This document shows, piece by piece, positions 33,001 through 48,000 of a stretch of DNA of 64,000 nucleotides. Position 1 is the stretch's first letter. Each line of letters starts with the position of its first letter. Origin of the DNA: the human T2T-CHM13v2.0 reference genome, Homo sapiens. A model generated the notes under the pieces. That model did no database searches. It was not told the origin of the DNA and saw only the letters and a program-made list of their open reading frames with translations. The stretch lies in assembly GCF_009914755.1 (NCBI RefSeq), contig NC_060948.1; one strand, 5' to 3'. Made by a program: the position numbers and the translations under genes.

Positions 33001-36000
33001 GCGAATGGACTGAAATGAAATGGAATGGAATTGAATGGAAATTAATGCAATGGAATAGAATGGAACGAAATTTCACGGAATGGAATCAAACTGAATGGAA
33101 TCAAATCAATGGAATATAATCAAATGGAATGGAAAGGAATTGAATGGAGTAGATTGAATTGGATGGGATTGGAATGAAATGTACTGGAAAGGACTCGAAT
33201 TTCATGAAACGGAATGGAATGAATTAGAACGGAATGGACTCGAATGGAATGGAATGTCATGGAATGGCATCAAATGGAATGGAATCGAATGCGATGGAAT
33301 GCTATGGAATGGAATGGAATGCATTGGAATGGAATGTCCTCTAATGGAATGTATTCGAGTGGAATGGAATCGAATATAATGGAGTCTAATGAAATAGAAT
33401 TGAAAGGAATGGGACCGAATACAATGGAATATACTGGAATGTAATGTAATGAACACGAATGTAATTGACTGGAATGGAATGTACATGAATGGAATGTAAT
33501 CGAATGGAAAGCAATCCAATGGAATAGAATCTAATGCAATAAAATCGACTCAAATAGAGTAGAATGTAATGGAATGGAGTGCAGTGCAATGGAATGGAAT
33601 GGAATGGAATGCAATGGAATGGAATGGAATGGAATGGGATGGAATGGTATGGAATGGATAGTAATGGACTGGAGTGAAATGGACTGGAAAAGAATGGACT
33701 CAAATTGAAAGGGCTCGAAAGGAATGGAGTCAAATGGAATGGTCTGGAATGGAATGAACACGAATGTAATGCAATCCAATAGAATGGAATCGAATGGCAT
33801 GGAATATAAAGAAATGGAATCGAAGAGAATGGAAACAAATGGAATGGAATTGAATGGAATGGAATTGAATGGAATGGGAACGAATGGAGTGAAATTGTAT
33901 GCAGTAGAAGAGAATAGAATGGAATGCAAGCGAAAGGAAAGGAATGGATTGGAATGGAATGGAATTCATTGGAATGGAAGGGAATGTAGTGTAATGGACA
34001 GGCCTGGAATAAAGTGGAATGCTACGGTCTCGAATGGAATAAAAATGTATGGAACGGAATGCAATGAAACGGAATCGAATGTCATAGAATGTAATGGAAT
34101 GCAAAAAAATGGACTCCAAAATCATTGACTGGAAAGGCTGGGTGTCGAAAGGAATTGACTCCAATGGAATGGAATCGAATGGAATGGAAGTGAATAGAAT
34201 CGAACTAAATCGAATGGAATGGAATTGATAGGAACGGAATGGAAAGGAATGCAATGATTTGGCATGGAATGGAATCGAATGGCATCGAATGGAATGGAAT
34301 GGAATGCAATGGAATGGAATGTATTAGAATGTAATGAACTTTAATGGAATGTACTCGAATGGATTCGACTGGAATGGAATGTTCTCGAAGTGAATGGACT
34401 CCAATGGAATGGATTCGAAAGGAATGGAATCTAATGGAATGGAATTAAATGGAAATGAATCAAATTGAATAGAACGGAATTGAATTGAATGGAATCGAAT
34501 GCAATGGAATCTAATGAAACGGAAAGGAAAGGAATGGAATGGATTGGAATGGAATGGGCTGGAATGGAATGGAATCGAAACGAATGGAATGGAATCGAAC
34601 TGAAGAGACTGGAATGGAATGCACTGGAATGGAAGGGAATGTAATGGAAGGTCCTCGAAAAAAATGGAATCGAAAGGAATGGAATTGAATGGAACGGAAT
34701 AGAGTCGAATGGAATTGAATGGAATGGAATGGACTAGAGTGAAATGGAATCGAACCACAAGGAATGGACAGGAATAGAATGGTCTCGAATTGAATGGAAT
34801 CGTATGGAATGGCATCAAACGGAATGGAATGGACAGCCACGGAATGGAATGGACACCCACGGAATGGAATGCACTCGAATGCAATGGAGTCGACACTAAT
34901 GGACTGGAATAGAATGGACTCGACTGGTACGGACTCCAATGGAATGGAATCGAAAGGAAGGGAATCGAAAGGAATGGACTCGAAGGGAAAAGACTGCAAT
35001 GGAAAGGTCTCCAATGGAATGGAAATTAATGGAATGGAATGGAATCGAATGAAATGGAGTCAAAAGGAATGGAATCGAATGGCAAGAAATCGAATGTAAT
35101 GGAATCGCAAGGAATTGATGTGAACGGAACGGAATGGAATGGAATCCAAAGGAATGGAATAGAATGGAATGGAATCGAATGGAAAGGACTCGAATGGAAA
35201 TCACTCGAATAGAATGCAATTTAATAAAATAGGATCAAATGTAATGGAATGGAATGGAAAGGAATCGAAACGAAAGGAATGGAGACAGATGGAATGGAAT
35301 GGAACAGAGAGCAATGGTATAGAATGGAATGGAATCATCTGGAATGGAATTGAATGGAATGGAATAATATGAAATGGAATGGAATGGAATGGAATGCCCT
35401 TGAATTAAATGGACTGGAATGCAATGGACTCGAATAGAGTGGAATGGAAAGTGTTGAAATAGAATGGAATGGACTCATTTGGAATGGTCTAGTATGCAAT
35501 GCAATCGACTGGCAGGGAATCAAAAGGAATGTAATCGAATGGATTGGACTGGAATGCAATGGACTCGAATAGATTGGAAGCGGAAAGCAAAGGAATGGAA
35601 TGGAATAGTATGGAATGGAATGCAAAGGAATGGAGTGGAATAGACTAGAGTGGAATGGAATGGACTCGAAAGCAATGGACTGGAATGGAACTTTCTTGAA
35701 TGGACTGGAATCAAACGGAATGGAATGCAATGCAATCAAATGGCATGGAATAAAATAGAATGAAAGAGAATCAAATGGAATTGAATCGAATGGAATCGAA
35801 TGGATTGGAAAGGAATAGAATGGAATGGAATGAAATTGACTCAAATGGAATGGACTAGAATGGAATGGATTCGAATGGAAGGCAAAGGAATGGAATCTAT
35901 TGGAATGGACTGTAATGGAATGGAATGGAAGGGATTGGAATGGACTCGAATGGAATGCGCTGCAATAGAAAGGATTCGAATGGAATGAAAAAGAATTGAA

Positions 36001-39000
36001 TGGAATAGAACAGAATGGAATCAAATCGAATGAAATGGAATGGAATAGAAAGGAATGCAATGAAATGGAATGGAAAGGATTCGAATGGAATGCAATCGAA
36101 TGGAATGGAATCGAATGGAATGGAATCGAACGGAATGGAATAAAATGGAAGAAAACTGGCAAGAAATGGAGTCGAAATGAATGGAGTGTTATGGAACGGA
36201 CTCAAAAGGAATTGAATGTAATAGAATGGAGTGGAGTGGACTCGAATATAATGGACTGGAGTGGAATGAAATCACATGGAATGGGAACGAATGGAATGGA
36301 ATGGAAAGGAATGGAATCGAATGGAAAGGAATCGAATGGAAGGGAATGAAATTGAATCAACAGGAATGGAAGGGAGTAGAATAGACGGTAATGGAATGGA
36401 CTCGAATAGAATGGACACGAATGCTCAAATTGAATGGACTCGAATGGAATGGAAACGAAAGGAATGTCATCGAATGGAATTGAATCGATTGGAATGAAAT
36501 CACATAGAATGGAGTGGAATCAAATGGAATTGAATCGAAAGGAAAGGAAGCGAATGGACTGAAATGAAATGGAATGGAATTGAATGGAAATTAATGCAAT
36601 GGAATAGAATGGAACGAAATTTCACGGAATGGAATCAAACTGAATGGAATCAAATCAATGGAATATAATCAAATGGAATGGAAAGGAATTGAATGGAGTA
36701 GATTGGATTGGATGGGATTGGAATGAAATGTACTGGAAAGGACTCGAATTTCATGAAACGGAATGGAATGAATTAGAACGGAATGGACTCGAATGGAATG
36801 GAATGTCATGGAATGGCATCAAATGGAATGGAATCGAATGCGATGGAATGCTATGGAATAGAATGGAATGCATTGGAATGGAATGTATTCTAATGGAATG
36901 GATTCGAGTGGAATGGAATCGAATATAATGGAGTCTAATGAAATAGAATTGAAAGGAATGGGACCGAATACAATGGAATATACTGGAATGTAATGTAATG
37001 AACTCGAATGTAATTGACTGGAATGGAATGTACATGAATGGAATGTAATCGAATGGAAAGCAATCCAATGGAATAGAATCTAATGCAATAAAATCGAGTC
37101 AAATAGAGTAGAATGTAATGGAATGGAGTGCAGTGCAATGGAATGGAATGGAATGGAATGCAATGGAATGGAATGGAATGGAATGGGATGGAATGGTATG
37201 GAATGGATAGTAATGGACTGGAGTGAAATGGACTGGAAAAGAATGGACTCAAATTGAAAGGGCTCGAAAGGAATGGAGTCAAATGGAATGGTCTGGAATG
37301 GAATGAACACGAATGTAATGCAATCCAATAGAATGGAATCGAATGGCATTGAATATAAAGAAATGGAATCGAAGAGAATGGAAACAAATGGAATGGAATT
37401 GAATGGAATGGGAACGAATGGAGTGAAATTGTATGCAGTAGAAGAGAATAGAATGGAATGCAAGCGAAAGGAAAGGAATGGATTGGAATGGAATGGAATT
37501 CATTGGAATGGAAGGGAATGTAGTGTAATGGACAGGCCTGGAATAAAGTGGAATGCTACGGTCTCGAATGGAATAAAAATGTATGGAATGGAATGCAATG
37601 AAACGGAATCGAATGTCATAGAATGTAATGGAATGCAAAAAAATGGACTCCAAAATCATTGACTGGAAAGGCTGGGTGTCGAAAGGAATTGACTCCAATG
37701 GAATGGAATCGAATGGAATGGAAGTGAATAGAATCGAACTAAATCGAATGGAATGGAATTGATAGGAACGGAATGGAAAGGAATGCAATGATTTGGCATG
37801 GAATGGAATCGAATGGCATCGAATGGAATGGAATGGAATGCAATGGAATGGAATGTATTAGAATGTAATGAACTTTAATGGAATGTACTCGAATGGATTC
37901 GACTGGAATGGAATGTTCTCGAAGTGAATGGACTCCAATGGAATGGATTCGAAAGGAATGGAATCTAATGGAATGGAATTAAACGGAAATGAATCAAATA
38001 GAATAGAACGGAATTGAATTGAATGGAATCGAATGCAATGGAATCTAATGAAACGGAAAGGAATGGAATGGAATGGGCTGGAATGGAATGGAATCGAAAC
38101 GAATGGAATGGAATCGAACTGAAGAGACTGGAATGGAATGCACTGGAATGGAAGGGAATGTAATGGAAGGTTCTCGAAAAAAATGGAATCGAAAGGAATG
38201 GAATTGAATGGAACGGAATAGAGTCGAATGGAATTGAATGGAATGGAATGGACTAGAGTGAAATGGAATCGAACCACAAGGAATGGACAGGAATAGAATG
38301 GTCTCGAATTGAATGGAATCGTATGGAATGGCATCAAACGGAATGGAATGGACAGCCACGGAATGGAATGGACACCCACGGAATGGAATGCACTCGAATG
38401 CAATGGAGTCGACACTAATGGACTGGAATAGAATGGAGTCGACTGGTACGGACTCCAATGGAATGGAATCGAATTGAAGGGAATCGAACGGAATGGACTC
38501 GAAGGGAAAAGACTGCAATGGAATGGTCTCCAATGGAATGGAAATTAATGGAATGGAATGGAATCGAATGAAATGGAGTCAAAAGGAATGGAATCGAATG
38601 GCAAGAAATCGAATGTAATGGAATCGCAAGGAATTGATGTGAACGGAACGGAATGGAATGGAATCCAAAGGAATGGAATAGAATGGAATGGAATCGAATG
38701 GAAAGGACGCGAATGGAAATCACTCGAATAGAATGCAATTTAATAAAATAGGATCAAATGTAATGGAATGGAATGGAAAGGAATCGAAACGAAAGGAATG
38801 GAGACAGATGGAATGGAATGGAACAGAGAGCAATGGTATAGAATGGAATGGAATCATCTGGAATGGAATTGAATGGAATGGAATAATATGAAATGGAATG
38901 GAATGGAATGGAATGCCCTTGAATTAAATGGACTGGAATGGAATGGACTCGAACAGAGTGGAATGGAAAGTGTTGAAATAGAATGGAATGGACTCGTTTT

Positions 39001-42000
39001 GAATGGTCTAGTATGCAATGCAATAGACTGGCAGGGAATCAAAAGGAATGTAATCGAACGGATTGGACTGGAATGCAATGGACTCGAATAGATTGGAAAC
39101 GGAAAGCAAAGGAATGGAATGGAATAGTATGGAATGGAATGCAAAGGAATGGAGTGGAATAGACTAGAGTGGAATGGAATGGACTCGAAAGCAATGGACT
39201 GGAATGGAACTTTCTTGAATGGACTGGAATCAAACGGAATGGAATGCAATGCAATCAAATGGCATGGAATAAAATAGAATGAAAGAGAATCAAATGGAAT
39301 TGAATCGAATGGAATCGAATGGATTGGAAAGGAATAGAATGGAATGGAATGGAATTGACTCAAATGGAATGGACTAGAATGGAATGGATTCGAATGGAAG
39401 GCAAAGGAATGGAATCTATTGGAATGGACTGTAATGGAATGGAATGGAAGGGATTGGAATGGACTCGAATGGAATGGACTGCAGTAGAAAGGATTCGAAT
39501 GGAATGAAAAAGAATTGAATGGAATAGAACAGAATGGAATCAAATCGAATGAAATGGAATGGAATAGAAAGGAATGGAATGAAATGGAATGGAAAGGATT
39601 CGAATGGAATGCAATCGAATGGAATGAAATCGAATGGAATGGAATCGAACGGAATGGAATAAAATGGAAGAAAACTGGCAAGAAATGGAATCGAAAGGAA
39701 TGGAGTGTTATGGAACGGACTCAAAAGGAATTGAATGTAATAGAATGGAGTGGAGTGGACTCGAATATAATGGACTGGAATGGAATGAAATCACATGGAA
39801 TGGGAACGAATGGAATGGAATGGAAAGGAATGGAATCGAATGGAAAGGAATCGAATGGAAGGGAATGAAATTGAATCAACAGGAATGGAAGGGAGTAGAA
39901 TAGACGGTAATGGAATGGACTCGAATAGAATGGACACGAATGCTCAAATTGAATGGACTCGAATGGAATGGAAACGAAAGGAATGTCATCGAATGGAATT
40001 GAATCGATTGGAATGAAATCACATAGAATGGAGTGGAATCAAATGGAATTGAATCGAAAGGAAAGGAAGCGAATGGACTGAAATGAAATGGAATGGAATT
40101 GAATGGAAATTAATGCAATGGAATAGAATGGAACGAAATTTCACGGAATGGAATCAAACTGAATGGAATCAAATCAATGGAATATAATCAAATGGAATGG
40201 AAAGGAATTGAATGGAGTAGATTGGATTGGATGGGATTGGAATGAAATGTACTGGAAAGGACTCGAATTTCATGAAACGGAATGGAATGAATTGGAACGG
40301 AATGGACTCGAATGGAATGGAATGTCATGGAATGGCATCAAATGGAATGGAATCGAATGCGATGGAATGCTATGGAATGGAATGGAATGCATTGGAATGG
40401 AATGTCCTCTAATGGAATGTATTCGAGTGGAATGGAATCGAATATAATGGAGTCTAATGAAAGGGAATTGAAAGGAATGGGACCGAATACAATGGAATAT
40501 ACTGGAATGTAATGTAATGAACTCGAATGTAATTGACTGGAATGGAATGTACATGAATGGAATGTAATCGAATGGAAAGCAATCCAATGGAATAGAATCT
40601 AATGCAATAAAATCGACTCAAATAGAGTAGAATGTAATGGAATGGAGTGCAGTGCAATGGAATGGAATGGAATGGAATGCAATGGAATGGAATGGAATGG
40701 AATGGAATGGAATGGAATGGGATGGAATGGTATGGAATGGATAGTAATGGACTGGAGTGAAATGGACTGGAAAAGAATGGACTCAAATTGAAAGGGCTCG
40801 AAAGGAATGGAGTCAAATGGAATGGTCTGGAATGGAATGAACACGAATGTAATGCAATCCAATAGAATGGAATCGAATGGCATGGAATATAAAGAAATGG
40901 AATCGAAGAGAATGGAAACAAATGGAATGGAATTGAATGGAATGGAATTGAATGGAATGGGAACGAATGGAGTGAAATTGTATGCAGTAGAAGAGAATAG
41001 AATGGAATGCAAGCGAAAGGAAAGGAATGGATTGGAATGGAATGGAATTCATTGGAATGGAAGGGAATGTAGTGTAATGGACAGGCCTGGAATAAAGTGG
41101 AATGCTACGGTCTCGAATGGAATAAAAATGTATGGAATGGAATGCAATGAAATGGAATCGAATGTCATAGAATGTAATGGAATGCAAAAAAATGGACTCC
41201 AAAATCATTGACTGGAAAGGCTGGGTGTCGAAAGGAATTGACTCCAATGGAATGGAATCGAATGAAATGGAAGTGAATAGAATCGAACTAAATCGAATGG
41301 AATGGAATTGATAGGAACGGAATGGAAAGGAATGCAATGATTTGGCATGGAATGGAATCGAATGGCATCGAATGGAATGGAATGGAATGCAATGGAATGG
41401 AATGTATTAGAATGTAATGAACTTTAATGGAATGTACTCGAATGGATTCGACTGGAATGGAATGTTCTCGAAGTGAATGGACTCCAATGGAATGGATTCG
41501 AAAGGAATGGAATCTAATGGAATGGAATTAAATGGAAATGAATCAAATTGAATAGAACGGAATTGAATTGAATGGAATCGAATGCAATGGAATCTAATGA
41601 AACGGAAAGGAAAGGAATGGAATGGATTGGAATGGAATGGGCTGGAATGGAATGGAATCGAAACGAATGGAATGGAATCGAACTGAAGAGACTGGAATGG
41701 AATGCACTGGAATGGAAGGGAATGTAATGGAAGGTTCTCGAAAAAAATGGAATCGAAAGGAATGGAATTGAATGGAACGGAATAGAGTCGAATGGAATTC
41801 AATGGAATGGAATGGACTAGAGTGAAATGGAATCGAACCACAAGGAATGGACAGGAATAGAATGGTCTCGAATTGAATGGAATCGTATGGAATGGCATCA
41901 AACGGAATGGAATGGACAGCCACGGAATGGAATGGACACCCACGGAATGGAATGCACTCGAATGCAATGGAGTCGACACTAATGGACTGGAATAGAATGG

Positions 42001-45000
42001 ACTCGACTGGTACGGACTCCAATGGAAGGGAATCGAAAGGAATGGACTCGAAGGGAAAAGACTGCAATGGAAAGGTCTCGAATGGAATGGAAATTAATGG
42101 AATGGAATGGAATCGAATGAAATGGAGTCAAAAGGAATGGAATCGAATGGCAAGAAATCGAATGTAATGGAATCGCAAGGAATTGATGTGAACGGAACGG
42201 AATGGAATGGAATCCAAAGGAATGGAATAGAATGGAATGGAATCGAATGGAAAGGACTCGAATGGAAATCACTCGAATAGAATGCAATTTAATAAAGTAG
42301 GATCAAATGTAATGGAATGGAATGGAAAGGAATGGAAACGAAAGGAATGGAGACAGATGGAATGGAATGGTACAGAGAGCAATGGTATAGAATGGAATGG
42401 AATCATCTGGAATGGAAGTGAATGGAATGGAATAATATGAAATGGAATGGAATTTAATGGAATGGAATGCCCTTGTATTAAATGGACTGGAATGGAATGG
42501 ACTCGAACAGAGTGGAATGGAAAGTGTTGAAATAGAATGGAATGGACTCGTTTGGAATGGTCTAGTATGCAATGCAATCGACTGGCAGGGAATCAAAAGG
42601 AATGTAATCGAATGGATTGGACTGGAATGCAATGGACTCGAATAGATTGGAAACGGAAAGCAAAGGAATGGAATGGAATAGTATGGAATGGAATGGAAAG
42701 GAATGGAGAGGAATAGACTAGAGTGGAATGGAATGGACTCGAAAGCAATGGACTGGAATGGAACTTTCTTGAATGGACTGGAATCAAACGGAATGGAATG
42801 CAATGCAATCAAATGGCATGGAATAAAATAGAATGAAAGAGAATCAAATGGAATTGAATCGAATGGAATCGAATGGATTGGAAAGGAATAGAATGGAATG
42901 GAATGGAATTGACTCAAATGGAATGGACTAGAATGGAATGGATTCGAATGGAAGGCAAAGGAATGGAATCTATTGGAATGGACTGTAATGGAATGGAATG
43001 GAAGGGATTGGAATGGACTCGAATGGAATGGACTGCAATAGAAAGGATTCGAATGGAATGAAAAAGAATTGAATGGAATAGAACAGAATGGAATCAAATC
43101 GAATGAAATGGAATGGAATAGAAAGGAATGGAATGACATGGAATGGAAAGGATTCGAATGGAATGCAATCGAATGGAATGCAATCGAATGGAATGGAATC
43201 GAACGGAATGGAATAAAATGGAAGAAAACTGGCAAGAAATGGAGTCGAAATGAATGGAGTGTTATGGAACGGACTCAAAAGGAATTGAATGTAATAGAAT
43301 GGAGTGGAGTGGACTCGAATATAATGGACTGGAATGGAATGAAATCACATGGAATGGGAACGAATGGAATGGAATGGAAAGGAATGGAATCGAATGGAAA
43401 GGAATCGAATGGAAGGGAATGAAATTGAATCAACAGGAATGGAAGGGAGTAGAATAGACGGTAATGGAATGGACTCGAATAGAATGGACACGAATGCTCA
43501 AATTGAATGGACTCGAATGGAATGGAAACGAAAGGAATGTCATCGAATGGAATTGAATCGATTGGAATGAAATCACATAGAATGGAGTGGAATCAAATGG
43601 AATTGAATCGAAAGGAAAGGAAGCGAATGGACTGAAATGAAATGGAATGGAATTGAATGGAAATTAATGCAATGGAATAGAATGGAACGAAATTTCACGG
43701 AATGGAATCAAAGTGAATGGAATCAAATCAATGGAATATAATCAAATGGAATGGAAAGGAATTGAATGGAGTAGATTGGATTGGATGGGATTGGAATGAA
43801 ATGTACTGGAAAGGACTCGAATTTCATGAAACGGAATGGAATGAATTAGAACGGAATGGACTCGAATGGAATGGAATGTCATGGAATGGCATCAAATGGA
43901 ATGGAATCGAATGCGATGGAATGCTATGGAATGGAATGGAATGCATTGGAATGGAATGTCCTCTAATGGAATGTATTCGAGTGGAATGGAATCGAATATA
44001 ATGGAGTCTAATGAAAGGGAATTGAAAGGAATGGGACCGAATACAATGGAATATACTGGAATGTAATGTAATGAACTCGAATGTAATTGACTGGAATGGA
44101 ATGTACATGAATGGAATGTAATCGAATGGAAAGCAATCCAATGGAATAGAATCTAATGCAATAAAATCGACTCAAATAGAGTAGAATGTAATGGAATGGA
44201 GTGCAGTGCAATGGAATGGAATGGAATGGAATGCAATGGAATGGAATGGAATGGAATGGAATGGAATGGAATGGGATGGAATGGTATGGAATGGATAGTA
44301 ATAGACTGGAGTGAAATGGACTGGAAAAGAATGGACTCAAATTGAAAGGGCTCGAAAGGAATGGAGTCAAATGGAATGGTCTGGAATGGAATGAACACGA
44401 ATGTAATGCAATCCAATAGAATGGAATCGAATGGCATGGAATATAAAGAAATGGAATCGAAGAGAATGGAAACAAATGGAATGGAATTGAATGGAATGGA
44501 ATTGAATGGAATGGGAACGAATGGAGTGAAATTGTATGCAGTAGAAGAGAATAGAATGGAATGCAAGCGAAAGGAAAGGAATGGATTGGAATGGAATGGA
44601 ATTCATTGGAATGGAAGGGAATGTAGTGTAATGGACAGGCCTGGAATAAAGTGGAATGCTACGGTCTCGAATGGAATAAAAATGTATGGAATGGAATGCA
44701 ATGAAACGGAATCGAATGTCATAGAATGTAATGGAATGCAAAAAAATGGACTCCAAAATCATTGACTGGAAAGGCTGGGTGTCGAAAGGAATTGACTCCA
44801 ATGGAATGGAATCGAATGGAATGGAAGTGAATAGAATCGAACTAAATCGAATGGAATGGAATTGATAGGAACGGAATGGAAAGGAATGCAATGATTTGGC
44901 ATGGAATGGAATCGAATGGCATCGAATGGAATGGAATGGAATGCAATGGAATGGAATGTATTAGAATGTAATGAACTTTAATGGAATGTACTCGAATGGA

Positions 45001-48000
45001 TTCGACTGGAATGGAATGTTCTCGAAGTGAATGGACTCCAATGGAATGGATTCGAAAGGAATGGAATCTAATGGAATGGAATTAAACGGAAATGAATCAA
45101 ATAGAATAGAACGGAATTGAATTGAATGGAATCGAATGCAATGGAATCTAATGAAACGGAAAGGAATGGAATGGAATGGGCTGGAATGGAATGGAATCGA
45201 AACGAATGGAATGGAATCGAACTGAAGAGACTGGAATGGAATGCACTGGAATGGAAGGGAATGTAATGGAAGGTTCTCGAAAAAAATGGAATCGAAAGGA
45301 ATGGAATTGAATGGAACGGAATAGAGTCGAATGGAATTCAATGGAATGGAATGGACTAGAGTGAAATGGAATCGAACCACAAGGAATGGACAGGAATAGA
45401 ATGGTCTCGAATTGAATGGAATCGTATGGAATGGCATCAAACGGAATGGAATGGACAGCCACGGAATGGAATGGACACCCACGGAATGGAATGCACTCGA
45501 ATGCAATGGAGTCGACACTAATGGACTGGAATAGAATGGAGTCGACTGGTACGGACTCCAATGGAATGGAATCGAATTGAAGGGAATCGAACGGAATGGA
45601 CTCGAAGGGAAAAGACTGCAATGGAATGGTCTCCAATGGAATGGAAATTAATGGAATGGAATGGAATCGAATGAAATGGAGTCAAAAGGAATGGAATCGA
45701 ATGGCAAGAAATCGAATGTAATGGAATCGCAAGGAATTGATGTGAACGGAACGGAATGGAATGGAATCCAAAGGAATGGAATAGAATGGAATGGAATCGA
45801 ATGGAAAGGACTCGAATGGAAATCACTCGAATAGAATGCAATTTAATAAAATAGGATCAAATGTAATGGAATGGAATGGAAAGGAATCGAAACGAAAGGA
45901 ATGGAGACAGATGGAATGGAATGGAACAGAGAGCAATGGTATAGAATGGAATGGAATCATCTGGAATGGAATTGAATGGAATGGAATAATATGAAATGGA
46001 AAGGAATGGAATGGAATGCCCTTGAATTAAATGGACTGGAATGGAATGGACTCGAACGGAGTGGAATGGAAAGTGTTGAAATAGAATGGAATGGACTCGT
46101 TTGGAATGGTCTAGTATGCAATGCAATCGACTGGCAGGGAATCAAAAGGAATGTAATCGAATGGATTGGACTGGAATGCAATGGACTCGAATAGATTGGA
46201 AACGGAAAGCAAAGGAATGGAATGGAATAGTATGGAATGCAATGGAAAGGAATGGAGTGGAATAGACTAGAGTGGAATGGAATGGACTCGAAAGCAATGG
46301 ACTGGAATGGAACTTTCTTGAATGGACTGGAATCAAACGGAATGGAATGCAATGCAATCAAATGGCATGGAATAAAATAGAATGAAAGAGAATGAAATGG
46401 AATTGAATCGAATGGAATCGAATGGATTGGAAAGGAATAGAATGGAATGGAATGGAATTGACTCAAATGGAATGGACTACAATGGAATGGATTCGAATGG
46501 AAGGCAAAGGAATGGAATCTATTGGAATGGACTGTAATGGAATGGAATGGAAGGGATTGGAATGGACTCGAATGGAATGGACTGCAATAGAAAGGATTCG
46601 AATGGAATGAAAAAGAATTGAATGGAATAGAACAGAATGGAATCAAATCGAATGAAATGGAATGGAATAGAAAGGAATGGAATGAAATGGAATGGAAAGG
46701 ATTCGAATGGAATGCAATCGAATGGAATGCAATCGAATGGAATGGAATCGAACGGAATGGAATAAAATGGAAGAAAACTGGCAAGAAATGGAATCGAAAT
46801 GAACGGAGTGTTATGGAACGGACTCAAAAGGAATTGAATGTAATAGAATGGAGTGGAGTGGACTCGAATATAATGGACTGGAATGGAATGAAATCACATG
46901 GAATGGGAACGAATGGAATGGAATGGAAAGGAATGGAATCGAATGGAAAGGAATCGAATGGAAGGGAATGAAATTGAATCAACAGGAATGGAAGGGAGTA
47001 GAATAGACGGTAATGGAATGGACTCGAATAGAATGGACACGAATGCTCAAATTGAATGGACTCGAATGGAATGGCAACGAAAGGAATGTCATCGAATGGA
47101 ATTGAATCGATTGGAATGAAATCACATAGAATGGAGTGGAATCAAATGGAATTGAATCGAAAGGAAAGGAAGCGAATGGACTGAAATGAAATGGAATGGA
47201 ATTGAATGGAAATTAATGCAATGGAATAGAATGGAACGAAATTTCACGGAATGGAATCAAACTGAATGGAATCAAATCAATGGAATATAATCAAATGGAA
47301 TGGAAAGGAATTGAATGGAGTAGATTGGATTGGATGGGATTGGAATGAAATGTACTGGAAAGGACTCGAATTTCATGAAATGGAATGGAATGAATTAGAA
47401 CGGAATGGACTCGAATGGAATGGAATGTCATGGAATGGCATCAAATGGAATGGAATCGAATGCGATGGAATGCTATGGAATGGAATGGAATGCATTGGAA
47501 TGGAATGTCCTCTAATGGAATGTATTCGAGTGGAATGGAATCGAATATAATGGAGTCTAATGAAAGGGAATTGAAAGGAATGGGACCGAATACAATGGAA
47601 TATACTGGAATGTAATGTAATGAACTCGAATGTAATTGACTGGAATGGAATGTACATGAATGGAATGTAATCGAATGGAAAGCAATCCAATGGAATAGAA
47701 TCTAATGCAATAAAATCGACTCAAATAGAGTAGAATGTAATGGAATGGAGTGCAGTGCAATGGAATGGAATGGAATGGAATGCAATGGAATGGAATGGAA
47801 TGGAATGGAATGGGATGGAATGGTATGGAATGGATAGTAATGGACTGGAGTGAAATGGACTGGAAAAGAATGGACTCAAATTGAAAGGGCTCGAAAGGAA
47901 TGGAGTCAAATGGAATGGTCTGGAATGGAATGAACACGAATGTAATGCAATCCAATGGAATGGAATCGAATGGCATGGAATATAAAGAAATGGAATCGAA